Virus record (IMG/VR): IMGVR_UViG_3300011339_001202
Coordinates: 5,099 to 69,098 of that record
Reading direction: 5' to 3' (one strand)
From: a virus
Taxonomy: Duplodnaviria; Caudoviricetes
Length of the DNA: 64,000 nt
Under the pieces are notes generated by a model. It was not told where the DNA came from. It searched no databases and saw only the letters and a program-made list of their open reading frames with translations. The position numbers and the translations under genes were made by a program. Shown piece by piece: positions 47,857 to 56,089 of the stretch. The stretch's first letter is position 1. Each line of letters starts with the position of its first letter.

Positions 47857-48467
47857 TCCATTTTCATTACATCGTCCCCAGAAGCCTGCACATATCTATG
47901 CCTGATAAGATACCCCTTATCCCAGTTTTGCCTAACATTGGCCGGATTGCCCCAGAATAACAGCTCTCCCTCTTCAAAATGCTCATTCTTTCTGGCAACC
48001 ACCCCCTTGTCAATGTACTCGTCACTCCATTCCTCCTTAGGTAGCTCCAAAGAATCGTAGCTAACATGCTGAATTGTAGGCAAATACAGCAGTCCTTGCT
48101 TTTTTTGCAACGGCTTACAGTAAATCCAGTCTCCATACATACTATCGTCTACCATCACTATGTCATATTCAGGCACAAGCACATGGCCCTTGATGGATAT
48201 GCCGCTTTGCATGGTGAAATCTGTGTTAAGGAACCAGAATCTCACGCTCTTGCCCAGCAATTCTGGCTTCCCATCCACCGGGATCGACTTAACTACCCCG
48301 GTTTCGGTGAGCCCATCGGTATCGTTGTTCCTTCTGGAGGGAAGAAGCAGCTTTATCTCGGATCCGCCTTCCCCTTTGATGGTAATTTCGTCCTCACGCA
48401 GGGTGCTTACCTCAACAATATAGTATTTTGGTGTGCGAATCCCGGGGACAAACTCTATTTCGGTCAT
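47841..48467 (-). CDS. GroES-like co-chaperonin (two-domain)
   Basis: two GroES-like units (TGVVKSIP..GKSVRF; DWIYCKP..DKGVV..EGELLFW). Confidence 0.5.
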   Translation of the reverse strand: MTEIEFVPGIRTPKYYIVEVSTLREDEITIKGEGGSEIKLLLPSRRNNDTDGLTETGVVKSIPVDGKPELLGKSVRFWFLNTDFTMQSGISIKGHVLVPEYDIVMVDDSMYGDWIYCKPLQKKQGLLYLPTIQHVSYDSLELPKEEWSDEYIDKGVVARKNEHFEEGELLFWGNPANVRQNWDKGYLIRHRYVQASGDDVMKMEWVSR

Positions 48468-48588
48468 TTTTCTCTATTTATGTTACGCAAAGTAAACATT
48501 ATTTCTATCTACAAACAAAATGGGGGCCAAGAACCCCCAGATTTGCATTGAAAAAAACCCAAAAAAGATGATTTACAAATATAGCTAT

Positions 48589-48903
48589 TTATGGCTTGAT
48601 TTTGTCATCGTCATTACCCATGAAAATAGACATTACCAAGGCCCCAATGGCGGCTGCCGCCAGAGAGATGGCCTTCCACACGGGCACTGCCGCCTTCTGC
48701 TCTATTTTGATGGCCTCCAGCGTGGAGATTCTGGTCTTGTAGTGCTCCAAATCGGTCTCCAGTTTCTTGATTCTACGCAGAAGCTCGGTATTTTGATCGA
48801 GCAATTCGATTATCTCGTATTCATTTGCACGAAGAACCCCCTCGAGCTGCTCCCGGTTGAATCCCATTATGGCATCCATGTCGAACGATAGCGGTTTTCT
48901 CAT
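48589..48903 (-). CDS. coiled-coil protein with C-terminal TM
   Basis: heptad repeats then AISLAAAAIGALVMSIF. Confidence 0.5.
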   Translation of the reverse strand: MRKPLSFDMDAIMGFNREQLEGVLRANEYEIIELLDQNTELLRRIKKLETDLEHYKTRISTLEAIKIEQKAAVPVWKAISLAAAAIGALVMSIFMGNDDDKIKP

Positions 48904-48904
48904 A

Positions 48905-49144
48905 TTATTTACAATCTACGGACAATACCTTCGTAACAAGCGTGTCATTAAGTATAAACCTCTGAACATTGACTTGGTTGCCAATCCAACTATTATTACC
49001 ACCGCAAGAATAGTAGCTTGAAGAAGTAGTCTTAGGATAGCCATCCCTCGCAGGATAGTAATCCTCAGAGAGCATTTGTGTGCAAACCTGACATCCATCC
49101 TTTTTGCAAGAGATAAGTAAGAAGGCAACCAGTATCCATTTCAC
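48905..49144 (-). CDS. lipoprotein
   Basis: MKWILVAFLLISC lipobox; Cys-rich. Confidence 0.6.
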   Translation of the reverse strand: MKWILVAFLLISCKKDGCQVCTQMLSEDYYPARDGYPKTTSSSYYSCGGNNSWIGNQVNVQRFILNDTLVTKVLSVDCK

Positions 49145-49536
49145 TTAGCCAAAGATACGGCTATTCTTTTTTCTTTCTTCACCCAATCAGCTATAAGGCC
49201 ACGAATAATGTCTTGCTTGTTCCTCTGCCCCACCAGTTTAATAAACTCATCAGACACCTCCTCAGAGATCATCAGGGTCATCTTGATGTTATACCTCAGC
49301 TTTCTGCTAATGTCAATTTTTGTAGGCGTTTCTTTAGGAACTTCAAGCATAGGCGTTCTTGTGAAATAATAGCCCCCAAGAGCGTATTTAAACTTCATTG
49401 CCTTTAACACTTCGTCCATAAGGAATCCTGTGTCTCTCTGTATCTCCCAAAGTGCGCCATACTTCCTGACAAATGTTTGGGACTCGTTCCACTGGTAAAT
49501 CATAATTTCTCTATTTCTGTTTTTACTTGTTTCCAA
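49141..49536 (-). CDS. DNA-binding protein (NUMOD1-like plus RHH-like)
   Basis: IYQWNESQTFVRKY..L.EIQRDTG; C-terminal KMTLMISEEVSDEF..KQDIIRGLI. Confidence 0.5.
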   Translation of the reverse strand: METSKNRNREIMIYQWNESQTFVRKYGALWEIQRDTGFLMDEVLKAMKFKYALGGYYFTRTPMLEVPKETPTKIDISRKLRYNIKMTLMISEEVSDEFIKLVGQRNKQDIIRGLIADWVKKEKRIAVSLAK

Positions 49537-49706
49537 TATTCGTATGCTCCACTTTCTGAATCGTAATGGAATTCGTATAAAGTGAGCAGAATCTCATCAA
49601 CAGCAATTAAAGCACATTGCTTGGCTATAAATTGAGCATCTTGATTTGGATACCAAGCATAGAATTTATTATATAACTCTTCAGCTTTTTCTTGTGGACT
49701 AATCAT
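49500..49706 (-). CDS. conserved small phage protein
   Basis: SPQEKAEEL..AKQCALIAVDEIL..YWKQVKTEIEKL family pattern. Confidence 0.6.
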   Translation of the reverse strand: MISPQEKAEELYNKFYAWYPNQDAQFIAKQCALIAVDEILLTLYEFHYDSESGAYEYWKQVKTEIEKL

Positions 49707-50071
49707 ATTAAAAATATTTTAAGAGTTTTACCATCATCTTGAAATTGTATCTCAACATCTTTAGCATTATAGTTTGTATATGCTCTACCATTATGAGGTG
49801 GTGAATGTTGTATAATTTCCACTCTATTAACCTTATCCAATATATTTACTTTTTGTTCTTGTTGCCATTTAGCACCATTGATAAATGCTTTTCTTTTTTT
49901 AAAGCAATCAACATCTCTATTATAATTCCATTCGGGTTTATCTAAAGGATTTGAAGGGAATTCTCTATAAAAATTTTCAGCAGCCTCTTTTAATATTTGT
50001 ATTGAAGATTGTTGTTCGCAATAACCACAAGTATTATCATCAGGTCTTTCACAAGTACATTTAGTTTGCAT
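49703..50071 (-). CDS. hypothetical protein (EAAE..KAFINGAKWQQEQ module)
   Basis: module shared with 50227..50607. Confidence 0.55.
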   Translation of the reverse strand: MQTKCTCERPDDNTCGYCEQQSSIQILKEAAENFYREFPSNPLDKPEWNYNRDVDCFKKRKAFINGAKWQQEQKVNILDKVNRVEIIQHSPPHNGRAYTNYNAKDVEIQFQDDGKTLKIFLI

Positions 50072-50225
50072 GTTTCTTTTTAAGTTTATTGTACAACCAT
50101 AATTTTATTCCTTTCGTTGGTTTGTTTTTCCAATGTTCTTCAAGTAAGTCAAAACCTTCTTTTGATATTATGTTCCATCTATGGAGTACAATATATTTAA
50201 TGTATGTTTTAATAAAATCCATCAT
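50061..50225 (-). CDS. hypothetical protein (54 aa)
   Basis: MMDFIKTYIKY...KKHAN*; coupled. Confidence 0.4.
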   Translation of the reverse strand: MMDFIKTYIKYIVLHRWNIISKEGFDLLEEHWKNKPTKGIKLWLYNKLKKKHAN

Positions 50226-50226
50226 T

Positions 50227-50607
50227 TTATTTCTTATATGTTTCTTCGTAATACTCATCAAAATCGCACATTGCTCTTGCCCAAACGGTTCTTTTTTCCA
50301 CTTGAGCCAAGGCATCATCCCATGTCTTCCCATGTTGCTCCTTCTCCATTTCCTTAGCCTTGTCCAAAATGGCATACCACACCATTTTATCCTTTGGCTC
50401 TTCCCATAATTGTTTGAATAGCCATTCAACGGCCGTTACCATTTCGTTGGACTCACCAATATGGGTGGATTGTTCTTGTTGCCATTTAGCACCTTCAATA
50501 AATGCTTTAATTCTATTTGGAGCATTATGCGGTTTGCCAAACTCTAATATAGTTTGATGCTCATTCCATTTTTCAGCAGCTTCTTCAAGTGTTTGTTTAT
50601 TTTCCAT
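50227..50607 (-). CDS. MENKQT/TAVEWL paralogue 3 (fusion of two modules)
   Basis: MENKQTLEEAAE..GAKWQQEQ..TAVEWL..KAKEMEKEQ..YYEETY. Confidence 0.6.
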   Translation of the reverse strand: MENKQTLEEAAEKWNEHQTILEFGKPHNAPNRIKAFIEGAKWQQEQSTHIGESNEMVTAVEWLFKQLWEEPKDKMVWYAILDKAKEMEKEQHGKTWDDALAQVEKRTVWARAMCDFDEYYEETYKK

Positions 50608-50809
50608 AGGTTTCTTTGTAGTATTGTTCTGCTCTTTCATAATCATAACCACATATATCAAAGCCATAATTATTGGCAAACTCTATCTTCTGCTCCTTCT
50701 CCATTGCTTTGGCTTGTTCAAGAATTTCATAATACTCGGCTAAACTCATTAAAGAATTATGCCCTACCTTTTCCGCCATCCATTCAACGGCTGTTTGTTT
50801 ATTTTCCAT
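50597..50809 (-). CDS. MENKQT/TAVEW paralogue 2
   Basis: MENKQTAVEWM..EQAKAMEKEQ..AEQYYKETYGK. Confidence 0.6.
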   Translation of the reverse strand: MENKQTAVEWMAEKVGHNSLMSLAEYYEILEQAKAMEKEQKIEFANNYGFDICGYDYERAEQYYKETYGK

Positions 50810-50978
50810 ATGTTTCGTTGTAATATAATTCTGCACTTCTATTTCCCCCATTCTCGTAAGCATCCATTATCTGCTGCTTCTCCTTTTCTTTGGCTTGTTC
50901 AATATCAAAATAATCTATCTTATTTTTTTGTCGATAAATTTTTACAAGCCATTCTACGGCTGTCTGTTTATTTTCCAT
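50799..50978 (-). CDS. MENKQT/TAVEW paralogue 1 (59 aa, not in track)
   Basis: MENKQTAVEWLVK..EQAKEKEKQQ..AELYYNETYGK*. Confidence 0.6.
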   Translation of the reverse strand: MENKQTAVEWLVKIYRQKNKIDYFDIEQAKEKEKQQIMDAYENGGNRSAELYYNETYGK

Positions 50979-51231
50979 TTTCTGTTTTATTTATCACTCG
51001 TTTAATCCTTTCCACAAGCTCCTCCAATTCGGCAACAGAGTCGATGCTCCATTTCTCTGTCTTCAGAACCATAAAGAATCTGCCCTCGCTGGCATCTATT
51101 CCGAGGTCTGACATGCATTCTATTTCAAGCTCCTCGTAATCATCCTCATGGCTCAGGCAATTAGGGTCTTGATTAAACTTGAAGGACATCTTATACAACT
51201 CAGGCTTCTCCATACATTTTATGCGTGTCAA
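50968..51231 (-). CDS. hypothetical acidic protein
   Basis: 87 aa coupled ORF. Confidence 0.5.
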   Translation of the reverse strand: MTRIKCMEKPELYKMSFKFNQDPNCLSHEDDYEELEIECMSDLGIDASEGRFFMVLKTEKWSIDSVAELEELVERIKRVINKTENGK

Positions 51232-51497
51232 TGTTTGTGTATGTCTTGATCAGATTACGGACATCGTTTCCGCACTTCTCCACCATGGCCACCCTATCTT
51301 CCATCTCGAGGCTCTCATTCTCCTGCAATTCCCATATCCTGTCCATCATAACGGAAATGAATATCTTAACCGCAGAGCGGAATCCTCCGTCCGTATACTC
51401 GGGCCTGCCATTTGCTTCAGACTCCCAGTGCCAGAGCGCATCCTCTATGGACTCGAGCACCGGGCTTATTCTTTTGCCTATTCCTATTTCTTGCATA
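51200..51497 (-). CDS. hypothetical protein
   Basis: probable start MQEIGIG just downstream of the tRNA; exact start approximate. Confidence 0.45.
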
Positions 51498-51511
51498 CAA
51501 ATTAAAATTAG

Positions 51512-51602
51512 CCGCTGGTGGGGGACTCGAACCCCCATCTCCCAATTATGAATCGGGCTGTTTCCCTAAGGTGCTATTTGTTCACACTTACACCAACCAG
51601 CG
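51512..51602 (-). tRNA. atypical tRNA with CAU anticodon (Met or Ile2), 91 nt, no encoded CCA
   Basis: acceptor CGCTGGT/ACCAGCG; D stem GTGT/GCAC; anticodon arm CCCGA-TTCATAA-TTGGG; T arm GGGGG-TTCGAGT-CCCCC; 15-nt D loop and 13 nt between D and anticodon arms. Confidence 0.65.
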
Positions 51603-51742
51603 TTGTTTATTTCATTCATTCGTTCCTCGTTCCACTTGGCCTCCTCTGGGCTCTCAGGAGCATCAAAATCGCATTGCCTATCCAAGGCATCAATACGCCT
51701 CATAAACTCCTCATGGCTCTCCCTACACTGCTGCTCTGTCAT
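51566..51742 (-). CDS. hypothetical acidic protein (58 aa) whose 3' end overlaps the tRNA
   Basis: MTEQQCRESHEEF...CKCEQIAP*; ATG follows the stop of 51742..52245. Confidence 0.45.
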   Translation of the reverse strand: MTEQQCRESHEEFMRRIDALDRQCDFDAPESPEEAKWNEERMNEINNAGWCKCEQIAP

Positions 51743-52245
51743 TATTCCGCTATATACTTCTTTACAACATTCTCCGGGAACGCCTTGGCCCTGCTCCCTT
51801 TAAAGGCAACGGCAGGATTGATCCAATAAACATTCTTGTGTCCCACGCACGGGGCAAAATATCCATAGCGACACAACTCCGAGATGGCGGCCTTGTATGT
51901 CTTAATGCTCTTCATCCTACACTCCTCCATAACCCGGACAACATTCACCCACAAATAATCCTTTCCGCTCGTTATTGTATACATGCTCCATGTCCACACC
52001 TGCAATGCACGAAAGGAAAGACCTGCCGTAACTATCCTCTGCTCGGCCTTGTCAAACATTTTGAAATGTGTGTCCACCTCTAAGTCTACATAGTTATCCA
52101 CCATGATTTCCCCATCGGGAACATACCCACTACGGACAGGTCTCACCCTCACCTCGAAGGAGGCCAAGAACGGATTACGGCCCAACTTCTCCTCGCAAAT
52201 ATCTGGTCGTAAAATTTTACCGACTTTTTTCTTTTCGTTATCCAT
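51742..52245 (-). CDS. RepL-like winged-helix DNA-binding protein
   Basis: TYKAAISELCRYGY..NVYWINPAVAFKGSR C-terminal pattern. Confidence 0.55.
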   Translation of the reverse strand: MDNEKKKVGKILRPDICEEKLGRNPFLASFEVRVRPVRSGYVPDGEIMVDNYVDLEVDTHFKMFDKAEQRIVTAGLSFRALQVWTWSMYTITSGKDYLWVNVVRVMEECRMKSIKTYKAAISELCRYGYFAPCVGHKNVYWINPAVAFKGSRAKAFPENVVKKYIAE

Positions 52246-52260
52246 TGCGATGCAATAGTA

Positions 52261-52504
52261 GGAAATATTTTACCAAAACGGTAATCCATTGCCATTTATT
52301 TAAAAGAATAATTACAGAAAGTGGAAATATTTTACCGCTGAAAAGTGCCATAAAATACTGCTTGTCAATAGGTTATAGCGATGTTCATTTCTGATAGTAT
52401 ATATTATATCATGACCCTGTTTTAAATGAATACAGGCAATATACCCCGAGAGGATCATCTGGGGGCATATTCTTGGATAAATAGGCGTGGTAAAATATTT
52501 CCAC
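52261..52504. repeat. operator-like repeats GGAAATATTTTACC
   Basis: GTGGAAATATTTTACC at 52321-52336, its exact inverse at 52489-52504, 14-bp copy at 52261-52274. Confidence 0.65.
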
Positions 52505-53573
52505 ATGCCCCCCTTTATTACTGCCGTGGGAAAGTGTTTCCCTCATACTGGGTGGGTGGGTTTTAAAATTGTGTAAAGCAGAATGATGGTAAAGTGTAAA
52601 ACGGGAATGGCTTGATGTGCAACCGTAAAACGGGAAAAGTAAATACGATGAGGGTTCCCCCCAGCCAGCCCCCCGGCTCGAGACGGCTCGGAAACCGCTT
52701 TCCCTCGAGGGGGTACCCTGTTTCACAGCCATGCGTAACGGCCTGCGTATCAGCACCTTAGCACAGCACCGGAAACAGATATGCGAAAAGAAATAAGCCT
52801 GAACCTGAACCAGTTAAGCAGGACAGGAGGCACAGCAACCGGAACCAGCACAGCAAAGCAGGCCAGCAAAGCAAGCTATCCTTGCCGCTTGTCCTGTATT
52901 GCATACCATTCAACACAGCACCCACAGCCAGCCCGTTCTACAGCACCCGTAAAAGGTTACCTACCTTACACAAACAAACCCAGCACAGCCCTGCTACAGG
53001 CCCTGCGGAAAGGTATCTGGTGAAAGTATCCGAAACAGGTAGAAACCCTTCCACAGGCAAACGGAATGGAGTATACCCTTCCCCTCATTCCCTGCATGCT
53101 TGCCTGCTTACCATTGGCCAGAAAAAGAACCAGTTTTTCCGGTGTTTTTGTCAGCGTTATAAGAAATGCCGTTTCCAGTATAATTTGCTGTGGGACAGCT
53201 CATTACAATGCCTTTTTCCCTTGTTTTTTGTGCTGTTTTCTGATTTGGGCCCTCCGCTGGAAAGGCTGTTTTGCCTTTTGTCCTTTGTCCCGCTCCGTTC
53301 AAACGAAATGTAAACCGCTCGTACCAATTGTGTCGTTACAATCCAACAGCGGGCCACACCTTTGCATCATCAAAACGGGGAGGAAGCGACCTCCCCTGTA
53401 AGGGGGCCCCTGCGCCCTGCGTTCTTTGACATGTTGGCCCGTAATTGTGTAAGGTTTAGCACAGCACTTTCGAGTGTAAGTAGTCGGGCAAATTACCAAA
53501 TGGGTGTAGGGGGTGCGAACCTTCCGAAACAGGCTGGAGACAAATTCGCGTCTCGCCTGTCTAAATTAAAACA

Positions 53574-53636
53574 CAGCCAGTCTTCGGCGGGGCCCTATTC
53601 ACGGGGCTGCGGGTTCGATTCCCGCACTGGCTGCCA
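53574..53636 (+). ncRNA. tRNA-like element 1 (long form with extra hairpin)
   Basis: CAGCCAG/CTGGCTG; TGCGGG-TTCGATT-CCCGCA; CCA; internal GCCC..GGGC hairpin. Confidence 0.8.
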
Positions 53637-53674
53637 TGCACAGCGTGTTGCTGTCAGTAGTAAACCAAAAAGTT

Positions 53675-54037
53675 ATGTTTATTCCTAATCAGTTGAAAGG
53701 TGTTTTTTCTTTGTCAATTAACATTAAATTGTTCATTCCTTCCACTACAGAAGTCGACAAAGAAGGGTCTGAGTTGCAGGCCATTTACGAGCGTAAGGCG
53801 TTGACTTTGTTCTCTGAATTGTTTGGAGGGGCCACCAGTTACGGGGCCATGGGTGCATGGTCTTCGCAAACCGCCGGCCTTGTTACGGAAAAAATCCAAA
53901 TTGTAGAAAGTTTCGCTTCTACGGATGCCATTGCCACGGGCTTTGAAGCCGTTGCAAAACTTGCCGGAGAAATGAAGCAGGCCATGGGTCAGGAGGCCAT
54001 TGCGCTCCAGTATCAGAACGAAATGTTTTTCCTGTAG
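53675..54037 (+). CDS. DUF3574-like small alpha/beta protein
   Basis: FIPST, LFGGAT..GAW, LVTEKIQIVESF, QEAIAL. Confidence 0.55.
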   Translation: MFIPNQLKGVFSLSINIKLFIPSTTEVDKEGSELQAIYERKALTLFSELFGGATSYGAMGAWSSQTAGLVTEKIQIVESFASTDAIATGFEAVAKLAGEMKQAMGQEAIALQYQNEMFFL

Positions 54038-54044
54038 TCTCTTT

Positions 54045-54092
54045 GCCCCTGCATGGTGCAGGGCCTTGGTTCGAGTCCAAGGCAGGGGCCCA
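54045..54092 (+). ncRNA. tRNA-like element 2
   Basis: GCCCCTG/CAGGGGC; linker CATGGTGCAGGG; CCTTGG-TTCGAGT-CCAAGG; CCA. Confidence 0.85.
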
Positions 54093-54132
54093 TTTCCAGC
54101 GTGTTGCTGGTAAGTTGTAAACCAATAAAAAA

Positions 54133-54396
54133 ATGACAGAATTTCAGTGGGCATTAGAAAATGCCGAAAAAAATGGGTTCAATGTGTGTAAGGATTACAC
54201 CGAACAGGCCATTCCCATGATTGGGTTCAAGTTGTCAAAAAAACATGTTTGGCACTGGTTCCGCATCACCTCCGAGGGCTGGCTTATGTTCGACCATAGT
54301 TACAGCATGAATACAGGCAAAAGCAAGCGTGGTGTCACAGCCCGTATGCATGCCTGCAACATGTTTTTGCCTCTCGGAATTAATCACGCCCTATAA
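54133..54396 (+). CDS. hypothetical early protein
   Basis: 87 aa cassette gene. Confidence 0.65.
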   Translation: MTEFQWALENAEKNGFNVCKDYTEQAIPMIGFKLSKKHVWHWFRITSEGWLMFDHSYSMNTGKSKRGVTARMHACNMFLPLGINHAL

Positions 54397-54405
54397 TGGG
54401 GCCCT

Positions 54406-54453
54406 GCTCCGGATTGGATAAGCATGCAGGTTCGAGTCCTGCACCGGAGCCCA
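54406..54453 (+). ncRNA. tRNA-like element 3
   Basis: GCTCCGG/CCGGAGC; D-loop-like ATTGGATAAGCA; TGCAGG-TTCGAGT-CCTGCA; CCA. Confidence 0.85.
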
Positions 54454-54488
54454 TGTCCGAGTTGGACAGCAGTAAACCAATTTTTCTT

Positions 54489-54683
54489 ATGCAAAAGTTT
54501 GCAAAATTCATGTTTTGGGTTGTAGTGTTTCCAATCCTTATGGCCATTTTTTACATGGGCGTGTACCACTTGTTTGTGGCCCTTGGGGCTACCTCCGGAG
54601 GGCTGGTTCTGTACTACATTTTTGTCACGCTCACCTCAATCGGAATTGTAGTGTATGGCCTCACCGAGGTTGTTGTAAATTGA
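54489..54683 (+). CDS. small two-TM membrane protein (64 aa)
   Basis: ATG after the GTAAACCAA leader; two hydrophobic helices. Confidence 0.65.
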   Translation: MQKFAKFMFWVVVFPILMAIFYMGVYHLFVALGATSGGLVLYYIFVTLTSIGIVVYGLTEVVVN

Positions 54684-54690
54684 TTCCTTC

Positions 54691-54740
54691 GCCCCTGCAA
54701 TGGTTTGCAGGTTCCGGTTCGATTCCGGTTCAGGGGCCTA
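54691..54740 (+). ncRNA. tRNA-like element 4 (ends CTA)
   Basis: GCCCCTG/CAGGGGC; TTCCGG-TTCGATT-CCGGTT; CTA; no downstream hairpin. Confidence 0.75.
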
Positions 54741-54760
54741 ACTTTAAACCAGTTTTTCTT

Positions 54761-55000
54761 ATGAAGTTGTACGAAATAGTTCTTAAATCTGATTTCGATT
54801 ACGAATGGTTCAAAACCATTTTAGTAATGTCGTGTACACCGCTCACAACTGAGTCCGAGGGCATAAATATTATGGCCAATGTTGACAAAGAATGGGGCCA
54901 ATATGTTTCCGAGGTGCACGAAAAGAGGGTGCTTGTTTGCGCCCGAGGTGACGAGGAGGCCAGCGACATGTTCGAGGTGCTTCATTTGTTTGGCCAATAG
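54761..55000 (+). CDS. hypothetical early protein (79 aa)
   Basis: MKLYEIVLKSDF...; ATG after the TTAAACCA leader. Confidence 0.6.
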   Translation: MKLYEIVLKSDFDYEWFKTILVMSCTPLTTESEGINIMANVDKEWGQYVSEVHEKRVLVCARGDEEASDMFEVLHLFGQ

Positions 55001-55049
55001 TCTCAGGCAGGTTTGCCTCGGGGCGGTTCAATTCCGCCTCTGAGACCTA
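55000..55049 (+). ncRNA. tRNA-like element 5 (ends CTA)
   Basis: GTCTCAG/CTGAGAC; GGGCGG-TTCAATT-CCGCCT; CTA. Confidence 0.75.
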
Positions 55050-55068
55050 ACTTTAAACCAATAAAAAA

Positions 55069-55347
55069 ATGCCAAGAATTTCTTTTGATTACCCTGCCCT
55101 CGATACATGGTACGAGGCTACAGGCGAGGGGGCCAGCAAGTGGGACATTTGCACAAAGTGCTTTCATATCGATTCACGCCAGTTGATTGGCAAATTACGG
55201 GGCCCTTATAATGGGGAGCCCAGTCCCGAGCCCTCCGAGCCCCTGTCGCATTACGACATTGGCGAAGAGAATCCTTCAATGCATGAAGGCGAGGATGCCT
55301 TTTGTGATTGCTGTGACAGGAAATTGATGCTGGGCCGTAATTATTAG
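55069..55347 (+). CDS. Cys-rich (zinc-binding) early protein
   Basis: CTKC ... CDCC pairs. Confidence 0.6.
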   Translation: MPRISFDYPALDTWYEATGEGASKWDICTKCFHIDSRQLIGKLRGPYNGEPSPEPSEPLSHYDIGEENPSMHEGEDAFCDCCDRKLMLGRNY

Positions 55348-55352
55348 CCCTC

Positions 55353-55402
55353 GCCCCTGCAATGGTTTGCAGGTTCCGGTTCGATTCCGGTACAGGGGCC
55401 CA
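55353..55402 (+). ncRNA. tRNA-like element 6
   Basis: GCCCCTG/CAGGGGC; TTCCGG-TTCGATT-CCGGTA; CCA; 41 nt identical to element 4. Confidence 0.85.
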
Positions 55403-55437
55403 TGCTACAAGGTAGTAGCAGTAGTAAACCAACCAAC

Positions 55438-55692
55438 ATGCAAAACATATTTTTGCTCGACCCTGCAATGGGTTACCCTTTCGCCTCAGTTTCCACTCAG
55501 GCCCCAAGTATTACCGCTCGCATTGTGCTGGCCTGCGCTCAGCACTTTGGGCTTGCGGTACATGCCATCGATGCCACACATTTCGAGAACTTTGCCACCC
55601 TGCAGGTAATGTTTGAGAATGGCCAGTCGATTTACATTGACACAGCCGTGGAAGGCGAGGATGAGGAAATTGACAGCGAGGGCCCGTTCTGA
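55438..55692 (+). CDS. hypothetical early protein (84 aa)
   Basis: MQNIFLLDP...; acidic tail. Confidence 0.6.
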   Translation: MQNIFLLDPAMGYPFASVSTQAPSITARIVLACAQHFGLAVHAIDATHFENFATLQVMFENGQSIYIDTAVEGEDEEIDSEGPF

Positions 55693-55698
55693 GGGCCA

Positions 55699-55744
55699 GT
55701 TCCGGAATGGTTGTACACAGGTTCGAGTCCTGTGCCGGAACCCA
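55699..55744 (+). ncRNA. tRNA-like element 7
   Basis: GTTCCGG/CCGGAAC; linker AATGGTTGTA; CACAGG-TTCGAGT-CCTGTG; CCA. Confidence 0.85.
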
Positions 55745-55780
55745 TGCCACATGTGGTGGCAGTTGTAAACCAATATTTTT

Positions 55781-56089
55781 ATGGAAATCGAAAAACCAGT
55801 TCCATTTTTCAAGTTTGCCCGTAAGTGCTCTGCCACTGGCAGGGGCATGAATGAAGGGTATTGCTGTCTCGATGGAGACCTTTACTTTGCCGAGGAGTCA
55901 GACCTTCTTGCATGGCTCCGCTCTGACGAGGGTGCTGGATACGAGGGTGCATCAGATGATTTTGTACTGGCAGATGCATACGAGGCCGAAATGTACTACT
56001 ACACCGAGTGGGAAGAACTCGATGAGGACGAGTGGTACGAGAGTGCTTACGAGGATGGCCGTGAGGCTGTGCTGGTGAGCGCAGAATAA
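55781..56089 (+). CDS. highly acidic early protein
   Basis: KFARKCSATGRGMNEGY, then a D/E/Y-rich C-terminus. Confidence 0.65.
   Translation: MEIEKPVPFFKFARKCSATGRGMNEGYCCLDGDLYFAEESDLLAWLRSDEGAGYEGASDDFVLADAYEAEMYYYTEWEELDEDEWYESAYEDGREAVLVSAE

Noticed and set aside
53300-53570. Exact TAnnTTTG promoter for the early array
   Set aside because: Only partial matches (e.g. CACCTTTG) were found, so no promoter was called.
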